64,000 nt of DNA. Source: Eledone cirrhosa. Lineage: Eukaryota. The translations under genes and the position numbers were made by a program. The DNA is taken from contig OZ024741.1 of NCBI GenBank assembly GCA_964016885.1, forward strand, positions 38,502,001 through 38,566,000, read 5' to 3'. Shown here piece after piece: positions 43,698-57,109 of this stretch. Below the pieces are notes generated by a model. That model searched no databases. It was not told the origin of the DNA and saw only the letters and a list, made by a program, of their open reading frames with translations. The first letter of the stretch is position 1. Every line of letters starts with the position of its first letter.

Positions 43698-43985
43698 GTA
43701 GAGGCACGTGGCCTAGTGGTAAGGGTGTTGGACTTACGATCATAATGTCATGGGTTCGATTTCTGTGCTGGGTTGTGTGTTGTGTTCTTGAGCAAAATAC
43801 TTAATTTCACATTGCTTCAATATACTCAGCTGAAAATGAGTACCAGCAATAGCTGGGGGTTTAACCCTGTGATGGACTGACGTCCTGTCAAGAGGGATGT
43901 GTTGTACTCTCAGTCGCTTCACACCACGAAACCACGAAAAGCACCGACCTGACGAGCCTCCTGGCTTGAGATAGATTTTAGCTTA
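43698..43985 (+). mobile_element. SINE family B
   Basis: GTGGCCTAGTGGTAAGG...GGTTCGATTTC...TGTGTTCTTGAGCAAAATACTTAATTTCACATTGCT. Confidence 0.75.
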
Positions 43986-44728
43986 TCTGTGGATTGCTCA
44001 ATCACATACAAGCTAATTTCATCAGAAGGCTATTCCCTTGATCGAGCAACTGGAAATCGTATCATCGAAACCAAAGGAGAGTATGACCTCTGTCGTACTG
44101 GTCACATATGGAGTGCTGTTGATCATAGTCCTTGGACAACAACTAAACTGTGAGTACTCCTTATCTATAACGATCATTCTCTTATAAGTTACTGAAAAAT
44201 GGGTCAGTCAAAGACATAACAATCTATAGCATCTCACTTCATCTCTAACATATTCTAATGGGTTCAGGCATGGTTAAAATTTAAAAAAAAGTTCGCTTCA
44301 TAAGTATAAGATCCCGGGTTCGATCCCACTGTGAAGCATCCTGGAAAAATGTTTTACTACAGTCTCTGCCTCACCCGATACTTATCAAAGAAATTGGGTT
44401 GACGGTAACTGTGCGTTAGATTGTCAGATGATTGCTCCTCAAATTCCAAGATTCAGTCAGCTTTGTCACATTGATTCAGCTGGGGAGTTATATTAAAGGT
44501 ACACGTGTCTGTGGAATACTCAATCACTTACATTTCAATCACGAGCTGGACGTTGTTGATCAAACAACTGAACCTTCATCGTCGACACCGATGGAGTACC
44601 CATCATCAGCATATTCCTGCTTTCCGGACTCCGCCTGCCTTCAATTATCACCTTTGGGTCCTCTCTCTATCTACCAACCAACAAACCCCTTTCATATTTC
44701 CTCCTCCTCCTCCTCCTACTCCTCCTCC

Positions 44729-47711
44729 CCATCAACATCATCATCACAATCATCATCATTACCATCATCATTACCATCATCAACATCATCACCATCATCA
44801 CCATCATCATCATCATCAACATCATCCTCACCATCATCACCATCAACATCATCATCATCACCATCATCACAATCATCATCATCAACATCATCATCATCAT
44901 CATCACCATCATCACCATCACCATTATCATCATCACCATCATCATCATCATCATGACCACCATCATCATGACCACCATCATCATCACCACCATCACCACC
45001 ACCATCACCACAACAATCATGACCACCACCACCATCACCATCATCATCACCATCACCATCATCATCATCACCATCATCATGACCACCACCACCACCACCA
45101 TCATCACCATCATCATCATGACCACCACCATCACTACCATCACCATCAGCATCACCACTACAATCATCATCATCATTACCATCATCAACATCATCACCAT
45201 CATCACCATCAACATCATCATCATCACCATCATCACAATCATCATCATCAACATCATCATCACCACCAGCATCACCACCATCATGACCATCACCACCACC
45301 ATTACCACCAACATCATTGCCACCATCACCACCACCATCATCATCATCACCCCCACCATCATGCCCATCACCACCACCATCACCATCACCATCATCATCA
45401 CCATCACCATCATCATCATTATCACCACCACCATCACCATCATCACCATCATCATCACCACCACCATCAACATCACCACCACCATCACCATCACCATCAT
45501 CATCACCATCACCATCATCATCATTATCACCACCACCATCACCATCATCACCATCATCATCACCACCACCATCACCATCACCATCACCATCACCACCACC
45601 ATCACCATCAACATCACCATCACCATCATCATCACCATCACCACCACCATCACCACCACCATCACCACCACCATCACCATCACCATCACCATCACCACCA
45701 CCATCACCACCACCATCATCATCATCATCATCATCACCACCACCGTCACCACCACCATCACCACCACCATCACTATCACCATCACGAACACCAACACCAT
45801 CACCACCACCATCACCATCATCATCACCATCACCATCACCATCACCATCACCACCACGAACACCATCACCATCACCACCACCATCACCATCATCGTCACC
45901 ACCACCATCACCATCACCATCACCATCACCATCACCATCACCATCATCATCACCATCACCACCACCACCACCATCGCCATCACCATCACCATCACCACCA
46001 CCACCACCACCACCATCACCACCACCATCACCATCACCACCACCATCACCATCATCATCACCACCACCATCACCACCACCATCACCACCATCACCACCAT
46101 CACCATTACCACCACCATCACCACCACCATCACCATCATCACCACCATTACCATCACCACCACCACCATCACCATCACCACCATCATCACCACCACCAAT
46201 ACCACCACCATCACCACCATTACCATCACCACCATCACCATCACCATCACCACCACCATCACCACCATCATCATCACCACCACCATCACCACCACCATCA
46301 CCACCACCACCATCACCACCACCATCACCACCACCATCACCACCACCACCACCATCACCATCACCACCACCATCACCACCACCACCACCATCACCATCAC
46401 CACCACCATCACCACCACCACCACCATCACCACCACCATCACCACCACCATCACCACCGCCACCACCATCACCATCACCACCACCATCACCACCATCACC
46501 ATCACCACCACCATCACCACCACCACCACCATCACCATCACCACCACCATCACCACCACCACCACCATCACCACCACCATCACCACCACCATCACCACCA
46601 CCATCACCATCACCATCACCATCACCACCACCATCACCACCACCATCACCACCACCACCACGACCACCATCACCACCACCATCACCACCACCATCACCAC
46701 CACCACCACCATCACCATCACCACCACCATCACCACCACCACCACCATCACCATCACCACCACCATCACCACCACCACCACCATCACCATCACCACCACC
46801 ATCACCACCACCACCACCATCACCACCACCATCACTACCACCATCACCATCACCATCACCACCACCATCACCACCACCATCACCACCACCACCACCACCA
46901 CCACCATCACCATCACCATCACCACCACCATCACCACCACCACCACCATCACCATCACCATCACCACCACCATCACCACCACCATCACCACCACCACCAC
47001 CACCACCATCACCACCACCATCACCACCACCATCACCACCACCACCACCATCACCATCACCACCACCATCACCACCACCACCACCATCACCATCACCACC
47101 ACCATCACCACCATCACCATCACCACCCACCCATCACCACCACCACCACCATCACCACCACCATCACTACCACCATCACCATCACCATCACCACCACCAT
47201 CACCACCACCATCACCACCACCACCACCACCACCATCACCATCACCATCACCACCACCATCACCACCACCACCACCACCACCATCACCACCACCATCACC
47301 ACCACCATCACCATCACCACCACCATCACCACCACCACCACCATCACCGCCACCACCACCATCACCATCACCACCACCATCACCACCACCACCACCATCA
47401 CCGCCACCATCACCACCACCATCACCACCACCATCACCATCACCACCACCATCACCACCACCACCACCATCACCGCCACCATCACCACCACCATCACCAC
47501 CACCACCACCACCACCATCACCACCACCACCACCATCACCGCCACCATCACCACCACCATCACCACCACCATCACCATCACCACCACCATCACCACCACC
47601 ACCACCATCACCACCACCATCACCACCACCATCACCACCACCACCACCACCACCATCACCACCACCACCATCACCACCACACCACCACCACCACCATCAC
47701 CACCACCATCA
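44729..47711. repeat. ~3-kb (CAT)/(CAC) mixed trinucleotide array
   Basis: Seen directly. CAT-rich at the left grading to CAC-rich at the right; source of the poly-His, Pro/Ser and Thr/Ile ORFs. Confidence 0.95.
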
Positions 47712-47841
47712 TTGTCCTCCTCTTCCATTAAATAAAATATTTATTCACCTGTTTATCGCTACATCCACATGGTTGAAGTTTCAGAACTTACTGAACAAAA
47801 AATAATCTACAGAGGGGACCTGCCACACCCCCCTCTCTCTC

Positions 47842-47940
<99 letters not shown>

Positions 47941-47949
47941 CATACATAT

Positions 47950-48015
<66 letters not shown>

Positions 48016-48451
48016 ATAATATATTATATATATATACATATATACATATATATATATACATACATACACACACACATATATATATATATACACAATACGT
48101 ATATATAAATACCGGTGTGTGTGTTTGTGTGTGTGTATGTATGTATGTATGTATATATATATATATATATATATACAATACGTATATATAAATACGTGTG
48201 TGTGTGTATGTGTGTGTGTATGTATGTATATATATATATATATACAATACGTATATATAAATACGTGTGTGTGTGTTTGTGTGTGTACCATTTGTATTTT
48301 TCCTATGATTATTTTTAAAATAGATTAAGACTCTTTTTTAAAGAGAAGTGTTCACGCATGTTTAAGCATTCATTACTATAGGTGTTACGTGTACGTGTGA
48401 TGGTGCATGTTTGCATCACTCTCTCTCCATCACCGTGTCACTAATTCATCT

Positions 48452-48588
<137 letters not shown>

Positions 48589-48799
48589 TATAAGAAAGAG
48601 AGAGAAAGCAAGATATATAGATAGATAAATAGATTGAAAGAGAGAGAGAGAGAGAGTGATTGAGAGAGCGAGGGAACGAGAGAGAGAGAGTGAGAGAGAG
48701 AGAGAGATTCAGCTTTTCGTTGCTTTCTCCTTCTTACTGTATTTTCCGGAGAATCTTGTCCGAAGTGTAAACAAGATACAAAATTTATTTCTTCTGAGT

Positions 48800-49280
48800 A
48801 TAAAATAATAACATTTTTGTTTATTCTATCCAATTCTTTTTCTTTCATTCATTATATACATATTATAGTTAAGATAATAGCTGATTATATAAACCAATGT
48901 GTTGTTTTGAGTTTGCAGAAGCAATTATAATTACATGGTTATATCTAACTTCAAATCATCATCGAAGTTTATGTATCTTTGTTTTGTGTCCGTTTGATTG
49001 CTGCACATGAAGTAAATCTCTGAAGGTCTTCAGATCGTGGAAACAGACAACCTATTAAGTGGTAGCATTGCCCATGAATTTTATGACTTATGTTCTTGAT
49101 GGCTTTAAATGATATTATTTGAAAGACTGCATTGTACGTTTAAAATACCTCTTGGAGAAAATTTATGATAAATTCAAATAGTTATTGTATTGTTTTGGGG
49201 GCTGACTTTGCCTCCCGAACCGAATAGACCTGATATTTCCTCATGCGTATTCATGACATCACAGTACTGAAATAATTTTC
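48800..49280 (-). pseudogene. Highly degenerate Helitron RepHel N-terminal fragment
   Basis: Manual translation gives QYCDVM..EEISGLFGSGGKV, YNAVFQIISFKA and KIHGQCYHLIGCLFP in the order of the Helitron motifs CxxC..CCxxGKV, YNSAFQMTSFGA and KVQGQVYHRIGSLLP. Confidence 0.6.
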
Positions 49281-49463
49281 TCGGTTATCCAAGTTTATTG
49301 AGTTTCTTGCTATTAAGTCCAGGCTCCTAATAGCAAGTGGCGAACAGTGTTACTTTTATTTATTCATGCTAAAGAGTTTACCCTTAATTAGTCATGTTCC
49401 GGGTGGTATATGCAATAAGTAAGACTTTCTTTATAAAACAGCTTATTGCCCTTATAGTGGCAT

Positions 49464-49696
49464 CAGCGGCTTGCAGAACTCTGGTGATACCCGGGGCAAA
49501 TCTTGATTGTATGTCCTAAAGACTCAAGTATATGGCCTAATATACTGAGAAATATTATGAGAAAGGAAAATATTTTGAATATGTAAACACAGATGAACCA
49601 TGAAATAAACACTTTTTTCGATTTTAATATAAATCAATCAAATTTATTAAGTTCTTTTTCCCAATGCACCGACCCCGCCCCCTCTGCACGCTACTG
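49464..49696. mobile_element. hAT-type MITE
   Basis: TIRs CAGCGGCTTGCAGA and TCTGCACGCTACTG. Perfect 8-bp TSD AGTGGCAT at 49456-49463 and 49697-49704. Confidence 0.85.
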
Positions 49697-50300
49697 AGTG
49701 GCATCAAGTAGCATTACATCAACGCTTGTGGATGTTGGAAACACTTCACAATCCATGTTTAAGATGATATTAAATTATACAAGACAAGAACAATTGTGAA
49801 AGATAAAATAGGACTGATGCTACAATATACATTGAGTATGTAAGATGGTCACTGTGGCACTTGAACGGCGGTGGTGGCAGTGGTGGTATTGGCGGTGGTG
49901 GTGGTGGTGGTGTTGATGGCGTGGTGGAGATGGTGGTGATGGTGGTGGTGGTGGTGGTGGTGGCGGCGGTGGTGGCGGTGGTGGTGGCAGTGGTGGTATT
50001 GGCGGTAGTAGTGGTGGTATTGGCGGTGGTGGTGATGGTGGTGGTATCCATGGTAGTGGTGGGAGTAATGATTGCTATAGTTGTTGTAATAGTGTCGATA
50101 AAGTTGATGGCAGTTTTGGCAGTTGTAGTGGAAGTGTTGGTGGTAGTGATGGTGGTATGTGGTAGTGGTGGTGGTGGTGGCGGTAGTGATGGCAGTGGTC
50201 ATTGTGGTGGTGGTGTTGGAGAGCCACTATATATTACGTGCATGACTAATCCCTTTTCGTTGATTTGCGGTAGATTGAGTGAAATCATTTCAACATCAAA

Positions 50301-51480
50301 TTTTTTTTTTTTTAAACACTTAAGTCTTTATTGTATCAGATGAAAGAATGGTATTTAACTCATGTATTGGTACGCGATAGGGCCCATCCACAGCCCCGGC
50401 GGACAGAATGGAGAAGGCGTTTCCCCGGAGGACGGCAAGGGAGACGAGCTGGAAAAGCCACTCTAACTCGCGGGGCTCACACCTGCGGCTGGCCAGCTCA
50501 GCGCCTGTGGTGGTGAGTAAGGAGGTAGCCCTGGGGCCGAGGATACCAGAAGTATCCGCTGCCAGGGGAACGACCACAAACCTGTCGGAGAGCGACCGGT
50601 ACTTGAGGAGTTTGTCCCCCCCATCCCGACGTGCAGCAGAACCTGGGCCAGTCGCAGACTGCACCAGGTTGCGGCTGCAGAAAGTGTCGGTGCAAGTGGC
50701 ATCCCAGATGAGGGGTTTGCCACCGCGGAACGGCAAGATGGTCATGCCATCTGGCCTTTTGCCGTCACCTTGATCCAGCCTCACCGGCTCGAGCTGGGAG
50801 GGGAAGCCTGCAACGTCCAAGCCATGCTTAATGAGCTCGTTGAGGGCAGCATGGCGTGGAATGCAGCCGGCACTGTGGCGACAGGAAAGCGGGTGGAGGC
50901 CGAAAAAGTCCACGGTGGAACCGCAGCGACATTGGTGTGGCTGGCAGATCCGGAGACCGAGTCTCAGGGAAACGCCGATTCGCCGGCTATGGTTGTCTAG
51001 CTGCGTGCCAGTGGAGAAGGAGAGCAGCGCATGGAACCAGGCACCACTGTGGGGTTTGGAGGCCGAACGAAAACAAGCAAGGCGGTGCTGGTCGAGCTGG
51101 CGCGTGAGCCTGTCTGAAGCAAGGCTGCACTGGATGGCATCCCAAGTGCGGTGGGGGACTTGACATCAACAGGGGGAGAAGGAGGAGGGACGTCTACTGA
51201 GCTAAGTCGCAGCCGGTCCCACGTGTCACAGGCGGCCTCACGTTCTCTGAACACAGAGGAGTCTGTTGTGTTTTGAAGAACCCTGCTGACGAGGACGCGG
51301 CACGAGGTTACCGACGAAAGATACGCCGGCAAAGCTAGTAAGATCGAGGACCGGAGGCCAAGGCCGCCATACCTGACCGGTAAAGTGGCCTGTTGCCACC
51401 CTATGTCGTCAAACTTGACGTTGCATATCCCCTCGGCTGCAGCTCGGATACAAGTCTCGAGGTCAGCGAGGAGAGATGTC
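50301..51480 (-). pseudogene. 3' half of a CRE-like non-LTR retrotransposon: thumb, Zn knuckle, restriction-like endonuclease, AATAAA and poly(A)
   Basis: ICNV..WQQATLPVRYGGLGLR..LALPAYLSS, GLHPLSC..RHAALN, KRPDGMT..LIWDATC..KY, LAVLRGNA. AATAAA at ~50328-50333 and an A13 tail at 50301-50313 on the minus strand. Confidence 0.88.
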
Positions 51481-53269
51481 TAGAACTTGCGGCACCACTA
51501 ACAAACGAAAGAAGAGCCGGAATTGTTTGGGGTGCGGCTGCTTCCACCACCTCACCTGCGTTGGCTTGACTCGTCGAGCTTCAAATGCCCTCGCAGCGTG
51601 AGGGTGCAGGAGCTGCCTCTTCCCCACGTTTTCCCATCCACGGCCGTCTGGCACACCACCAGATGGGACAGCGAGCTTGCCTGACGCCCAAGCCTCGCTG
51701 GTCAACATCGCTCGGCTCAGAAGGCTCCGGAAAATCCCACTCAGGATCCCGAGAGCGGCACGGGTGCCGGTAGCCGATGCCCTCGCTTCCTTGATTGAGA
51801 GCGCCCTGGACCCCAATCGAGTCAGTGACTGGGAGCAGCTGTTCTATTTCGCCCCACTCGCCCTCGGCCTCCCCAGCTCTGGCGCTGACTGGGGCAGCCG
51901 GTCAACAGCAGTCTTCGTCAAGGCCAATGTCTCGTCATTTGGGCAAGCGCCCATTCCAAGCGTGCCCAGGGACGCCACATACCCCACCCTCAGGTACACC
52001 CTATCCTCTACCCCCGATACCAGCGCCAAGGGTTTGCGTGACCAGGTAAACGCAAAGCTTATCATGGGTGATGTCTCGGCCGCAGTCAGAATTGTTACCT
52101 CAGAGGACACTGTCCTCCAACCCACCGAGGAGGTCCTGGCTGCTCTGCGGCTCAAACACCCTCAGCCACCCACTGATCTCAGACCCATACCCCCACCCGA
52201 CCTTCACCTGCTCCTTGTGGCTACTGATGCAGATATCATGTCCGCGATCAGGTCCTTCCCAGCTAGCAGCTGCGGAGGTGTTGATGGTCTCCAACCAGGC
52301 CACCTCAAGGAGTTGATATCCCCCCTCTCCGCTGAGGCCGGGCGCCGCCTTCTGAGTGCAATTGTGGCGCTCACCAATAGGCTCATTCATGGTGCCCTCG
52401 ACCCTTACGCCCGAGGCCTCTTTCTTTCGGCCAGCCTCACCCCTCTCAGGAAGAAAGAGGGTGGCATACGCCCCATTGCTGTGGGCAATGTCTTCCGGAG
52501 GCTGGCTACCAAGGTGATCTGCACATCCGTCACAGACGAACTGGGTGAGGAGTTTAGTCCGGTGCAACTGGGTGTCGGCGTGTCCGGTGGCTGTGAGGGA
52601 GCCGCTCATGCAATCAGGCAGTTCTTCAGCAGCTGCCCATCGGTACCGGCATCCAGGGACTCCAGGAACCTCATTGTCAAGCTTGACATGAGGAATGCCT
52701 TTAACTCTTTACGCCGGGATCATCTGCTCGAGGCCTGCCTCAGCCGAGCCCCCTCTGCCTACCCGCTGACCTACCTGTCATATGGCGCCCCGAGCATGCT
52801 CCTAGCTGCTGATACGGTCATACCCTCGGCTACTGGGGTCCAACAGGGCGACCCTTTGGGACCCCTCCTGTTCGCCCTTGGTATTGACCACATCGCCCGC
52901 AGTATCACGGCCCCTCTCAACGTTTGGTATCTGAATGATATCACGTTGGACGGGCCCGTACGGACGGTCTACCAAGACCTTCAATCGGTGATTCCTGCCC
53001 TGGCGGGAATCGGCCTCCAGGTCAACTCGGCCAAGTCGGAGGTGGTGAACGTCAGCCTCGATGCTGCGAACTTTGCAGCTTCCGTCTTGGACGTGCGGTC
53101 CATTCTCCGACAGGTTCAGGTCACCTCCAAAGAGGATGTCCTCATCCTCGGGTCACCGATCCACCCGCCGGCCATCCGCTCCACCATCAGGTCCAGGCTT
53201 CAACAGCTCCAGACTCTCACGAGCCGACTGGACTTGATGGACAGATACCCAGCTCTCTGTCTGCTGTGA
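51476..53269 (+). pseudogene. Inverted 5' half of the same CRE-like element: PHD-like zinc finger plus reverse transcriptase
   Basis: RT motifs KKEGGIRPIAVG, QLGVGVSGGCEGAAHA, KLDMRNAFNS, GVQQGDPLGPLLF and WYLNDI (D to N). In frame upstream: TC..NCLGCGCFHHLTCVGL..*GCRSC, with TGA at 51599. Confidence 0.88.
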
Positions 53270-53500
53270 AATAACTAATGTATGACTTATAACATCTGGA
53301 CATTGAATGAGGTGGTGGTGGTGGTGGTTGTGGTGGTGTTGGAGGTTATGGTGGTGGCGTTGGTAGTTTGAGTTGTTGTTGGTGGTGGTGATGGTATGAT
53401 GTTGGCCGTATAAGCTGGAATGTGGAGGTACAGAGTGACTGAGTGAGAGAGCCAGAAAGGAAGAGAGAGAAAGAAAGAGAGACAGAGAGAGACAGAGAGC

Positions 53501-53566
<66 letters not shown>

Positions 53567-53702
53567 GAGAGACAGAGAGAGAGACAGAGAGAGGGAGAGA
53601 GGGAAAGAGAGAAAGTGTGTGGAGAAGTGGGGGAGACGGGTAGGAGCAAGGAATGATGGTGGGAGAGGACAGGTATAGATATATATATATATAGGTCCAT
53701 AC

Positions 53703-53778
<76 letters not shown>

Positions 53779-53780
<2 letters not shown>

Positions 53781-55209
53781 GCAGGGCATCCCTTTGGAAC
53801 CGGGATTGCGGAAAGGGGTGTCGGCCTACGCCGATGACGTGACAGTAATGGTGTCGACGGCCTCCGAAATCGAGGCGGTCGGCACCTTACTGGAGGAGTA
53901 TGAAAAGTTCACAGGGGCTAAGCTGAACTGGGACAAGTCGATCGGTTTGCAACTCGGCACGTGGAGGGGCAGACCGATGCCCTCCGATGGCGTCGTCGGA
54001 CGCTGGACGGAGGGCCCGGTGAAGTTGCTCGGGGTCTGGTTCGGACCGGACCTCCAGGTGGAGAAAAACTGGGCGGAGGTTACGAACAGGGTGTTTGCAC
54101 TGACCCAGAAGTGGGCCAGTTGCAAACTATCCCTGAAAGGTCGGGCGGAGGTGGCGAACACCTACATAGCGTCCGTCATCTACTACCGCCTGACCGTAGT
54201 GCCCTGCCCAAGGGAAACCCTCACCAAGATGGAGCGCGCGCTCTTCCAATTCCTTTGGAAGAGGCGGGCTCCTATGGTGAGGAGATCCATCTGCTGTCAA
54301 CACCCTTCGAAAGGAGGGCTGGGGATGCCGTGGCTAATGATGCGTAAACACGCATTAAGGCTACAGCACCTCTACGTATTCCTCACCGGACAATCGGTGT
54401 GGGCCTCGTTTGTGAGACGAACCTTTCCCAGACTCGTCTCACTCACCGAGCTGCAATCCTGGGTCAAGCAAAGACCGAGAAAACTGGGCGCCTGGCACAC
54501 TGAGTGTGCCCAGGCGCTCACCGCCCTCTGGCAGGCGGATCCGGTTATCAGTGGAGACTCCACCGCAACATTCTATAGAGGGCTGGTACGCAGCAGGTGC
54601 GACGACGCCCTCGGAGAAGCCCTAGACATGGAGGAGGACGAACTGGCCAGCCTGTTCGGTAGGACATTCAGCCCGGGACCTATGGACAACTTCCAGAAGT
54701 CCCTGGCCTGGCAGTGCTACCGAGGGGCTTTACCCGTTCGAGAAAGGCTCTACAGACACGGGCGCCCGGGTAGGGACCCCGCCAAAAAGATCTGTCCCAG
54801 ATGCGTGTGCGACGAGGAAACCGTTGCACACGCATTGGTACACTGCTCGGGCGTAGCCGATCTGTGGGGCTATGTCGAACAACTGCTGTCAAGGGTGGGA
54901 CCGATCCGGTTGACCACCGAGTCTATTGTAATGATCAAGCCGCCTCCCCCCTTCAAAGATGAAGCAGAGGCGGTGTTTCTGTGCGTAATAGCCATGGAGA
55001 AAGAGGTTGTATGGTGGACGCGTCTGAAAGGACTGAGGTCAGGCACCTTTCTCTCTGGCCAACAACTGGTCCGTTTCTTCCGATATCATTTCGGAAGAAG
55101 GATCAGGATGGAGAGAGAGGTGCTGCACCCCAGCCGTTTCTATGAAAGATGGGTGAAAGTGGCGAGAATGGCCCGTGTGAATGGGCCTTCACTCTACATC
55201 AGACTATAG
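53779..55209 (+). CDS. 5'-truncated L1/Tx1-clade LINE ORF2 (RT C-half, thumb, CCHC zinc knuckle), uninterrupted frame
   Basis: YADDVTV, GAKLNWDKS, LLGVWFG, LSLKGRA, GGLGMP and CPRC..EETVAHALVHC. The ATG is formed at the microsatellite junction. Confidence 0.85.
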
Positions 55210-55471
55210 GTGAGGAAGATGAAAGACCAAGGGAGCACCCCTTCTCTGTGCTCCTGAGGAGAAGGGTTGCACACTTTTTTCGGGGTGTGTGCGACCCCCC
55301 AAGGCGCCTCCTCTCTATTGAGGATTCTGTTAAAAATTTTATTTTTTGTTATATCTTATTTTATTTTTATATTTTGTTATTGCCTCCTCCTTATTGAGGA
55401 CGCCTTTTTGTGTAAACTCCTCCCTTTGTACTTGTCCCACTTTTGATGCCCTAGTGGCAAATAAAAGAAAC
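53781..55471 (+). mobile_element. Tx1-like LINE insertion between (CT)n(CTAT)n and (TA)n
   Basis: GC-rich body, ~260-bp 3' UTR, AATAAA at ~55459 and microsatellite flanks. Confidence 0.8.
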
Positions 55472-55568
55472 ATATCTATATATATATATATACTGTCAGG
55501 TTATATATATATATTTATGTATTAATTCAAAATATTAATAAATATAGACATTCAACGTAATCAAAATA

Positions 55569-55637
55569 TATTTTATTATATATATATTTCAGAGGTACTG
55601 TGCTGTTTTTTCAGTACGTCCTCATCAGATAAAATAT
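55569..55637 (-). ncRNA. Minimal type I hammerhead ribozyme
   Basis: TATTTTAT-CTGATGA-ggacgtactg..cagtacctct-GAAA-tatatatata-ATAAAATA. Confidence 0.7.
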
Positions 55638-55687
55638 ATAAATTGATGTGTGACATACCTCAACTGTGCTGATGGTTCAATTCCATT

Positions 55688-55968
55688 CTTCTAGAAGGCA
55701 ACTCAGGAAACTGGGATAACTCCTATATAAAACCTGCGGCTCAGTAGTTACCGATGATGTTGATCTTTTCTTCTTTTCGCGTTCTAGCTACTGTCGCTCA
55801 GAGAGTGGGATTGGCTCAGTGCACAGTCTTTCCTCACTTTAAAAAATATCTTCACACACAGGCATTGCACGATAGAATTAATTAATAATTATTAATAATG
55901 GTATATCGTGCAATGGCCATACTTGATAACGAAGGGGCAGCCATCATGTATTTATGTATGTATGTATG
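55688..55968 (+). mobile_element. Short non-autonomous retroposon (RTE-related ends) with (ATGT)n tail
   Basis: Inverted copy at 36570-36629 plus 37565-37775. The same GCAGCCA(T/C)C-ATGTATG type end recurs at ~56160 and ~62515-62540 (-). Confidence 0.55.
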
Positions 55969-56444
55969 GAGATCTCTCTGCACTTGTCGTCACATGGTAC
56001 CATCTGCCCAGCACTATGTGTCAATAATTGTCACAAGTGTAGTGTTTGTACCAGAGTTTTCAAGTCGCTGGCTGGACTAAAAAGTCACACTCGTTCAGCA
56101 CATCGGTAGGGGTTCTCCTACATGGATATAAAGTTGTGGCCGTACTCGAAAACGAGTTGGCAGCCACCATGTATGTATGTATGTATGTATGTATGTATGT
56201 ATGTATGTATGTATGTATGTATGTATGTATGCATGTATGTATGTATGTATGACAGGTTGCTCTTGAGTGATACTGGTAACATGTAACCCAGTACAACCTG
56301 TCACATGGTCGGGTCATAAGCGACTAAACAGGCAACTCCATCAAGTTTGCTTAGTAAGGAAGGTTATTTTTGACACCTTTTGGATGATAAACAAAAACTG
56401 ACAAAGGGCAGAGTAACTCATGAGAGTCTACGAACTTCCGATAT

Positions 56445-56551
<107 letters not shown>

Positions 56552-57109
56552 TGTTGGTGTGTGTAGGATTGTTTGCTTGCGCGCGTGTGTATGCATATAT
56601 ATATGTAAAAACAAAATTTAAAAACTTTTATATATTGAAATAAATTTATATATATTTGGAACACATTGCGGTTGATACAGCTAGCAATCACCTTGCATCT
56701 GCTTGTCATTGGATTCTGACTGTTGATGCTTAAAAAGCAGCATGTGTGTAGCACAAGCAGATGTTGCTTTGATTTCCTTCTGCAGATATCTTTTCAAAGT
56801 CCCGCCGCGATGAGGAGGCAACGTGTTATACAGATTCAACGAGTTGGGGATATACAGTTGCTGATCTATACACAGGTGGTTTGAGGCTTAACTAACGGCG
56901 TTGTCAGTTTTCGGGTTAGGAAAGGGCTTGTGATTGAGCATTCCTTTTAAAGGAGACCAGCGCTCACTCAAATCTTGAGATAGATCTAGAAATAATGACC
57001 TAAACAGTGCCTGTTCCACTATCAAACTGGTCAGCTACATGCGACTGGCGGCTGTTCATACCGGCACAAAATACAAGAAGAAAAATAATAATTTTCAGAA
57101 GAATTTTCA

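Noticed and set aside
43945-43975. Hammerhead in a SINE tail (CTGACGA-gcc..ggc)
   Set aside because: There is no GAAA, stem III or cleavage triplet in register.
44505-47805. 1076-aa poly-His, extensin-like Pro/Ser or mucin-like Thr ORFs
   Set aside because: CAY triplet repeats lack stops in these frames by composition, the apparent N-terminus derives from dispersed-repeat sequence, and no splice evidence is visible.
51599-51601. Selenocysteine or readthrough TGA in the zinc finger
   Set aside because: The position fits a Trp (TGG to TGA) mutation in a dead copy that also has a YLND catalytic change. No SECIS was identified.
50270-53300. Target-site duplication around the CRE-like element
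   Set aside because: Only short matches (GTGAAAT, AACATC) were found, and they are not positioned at both junctions.
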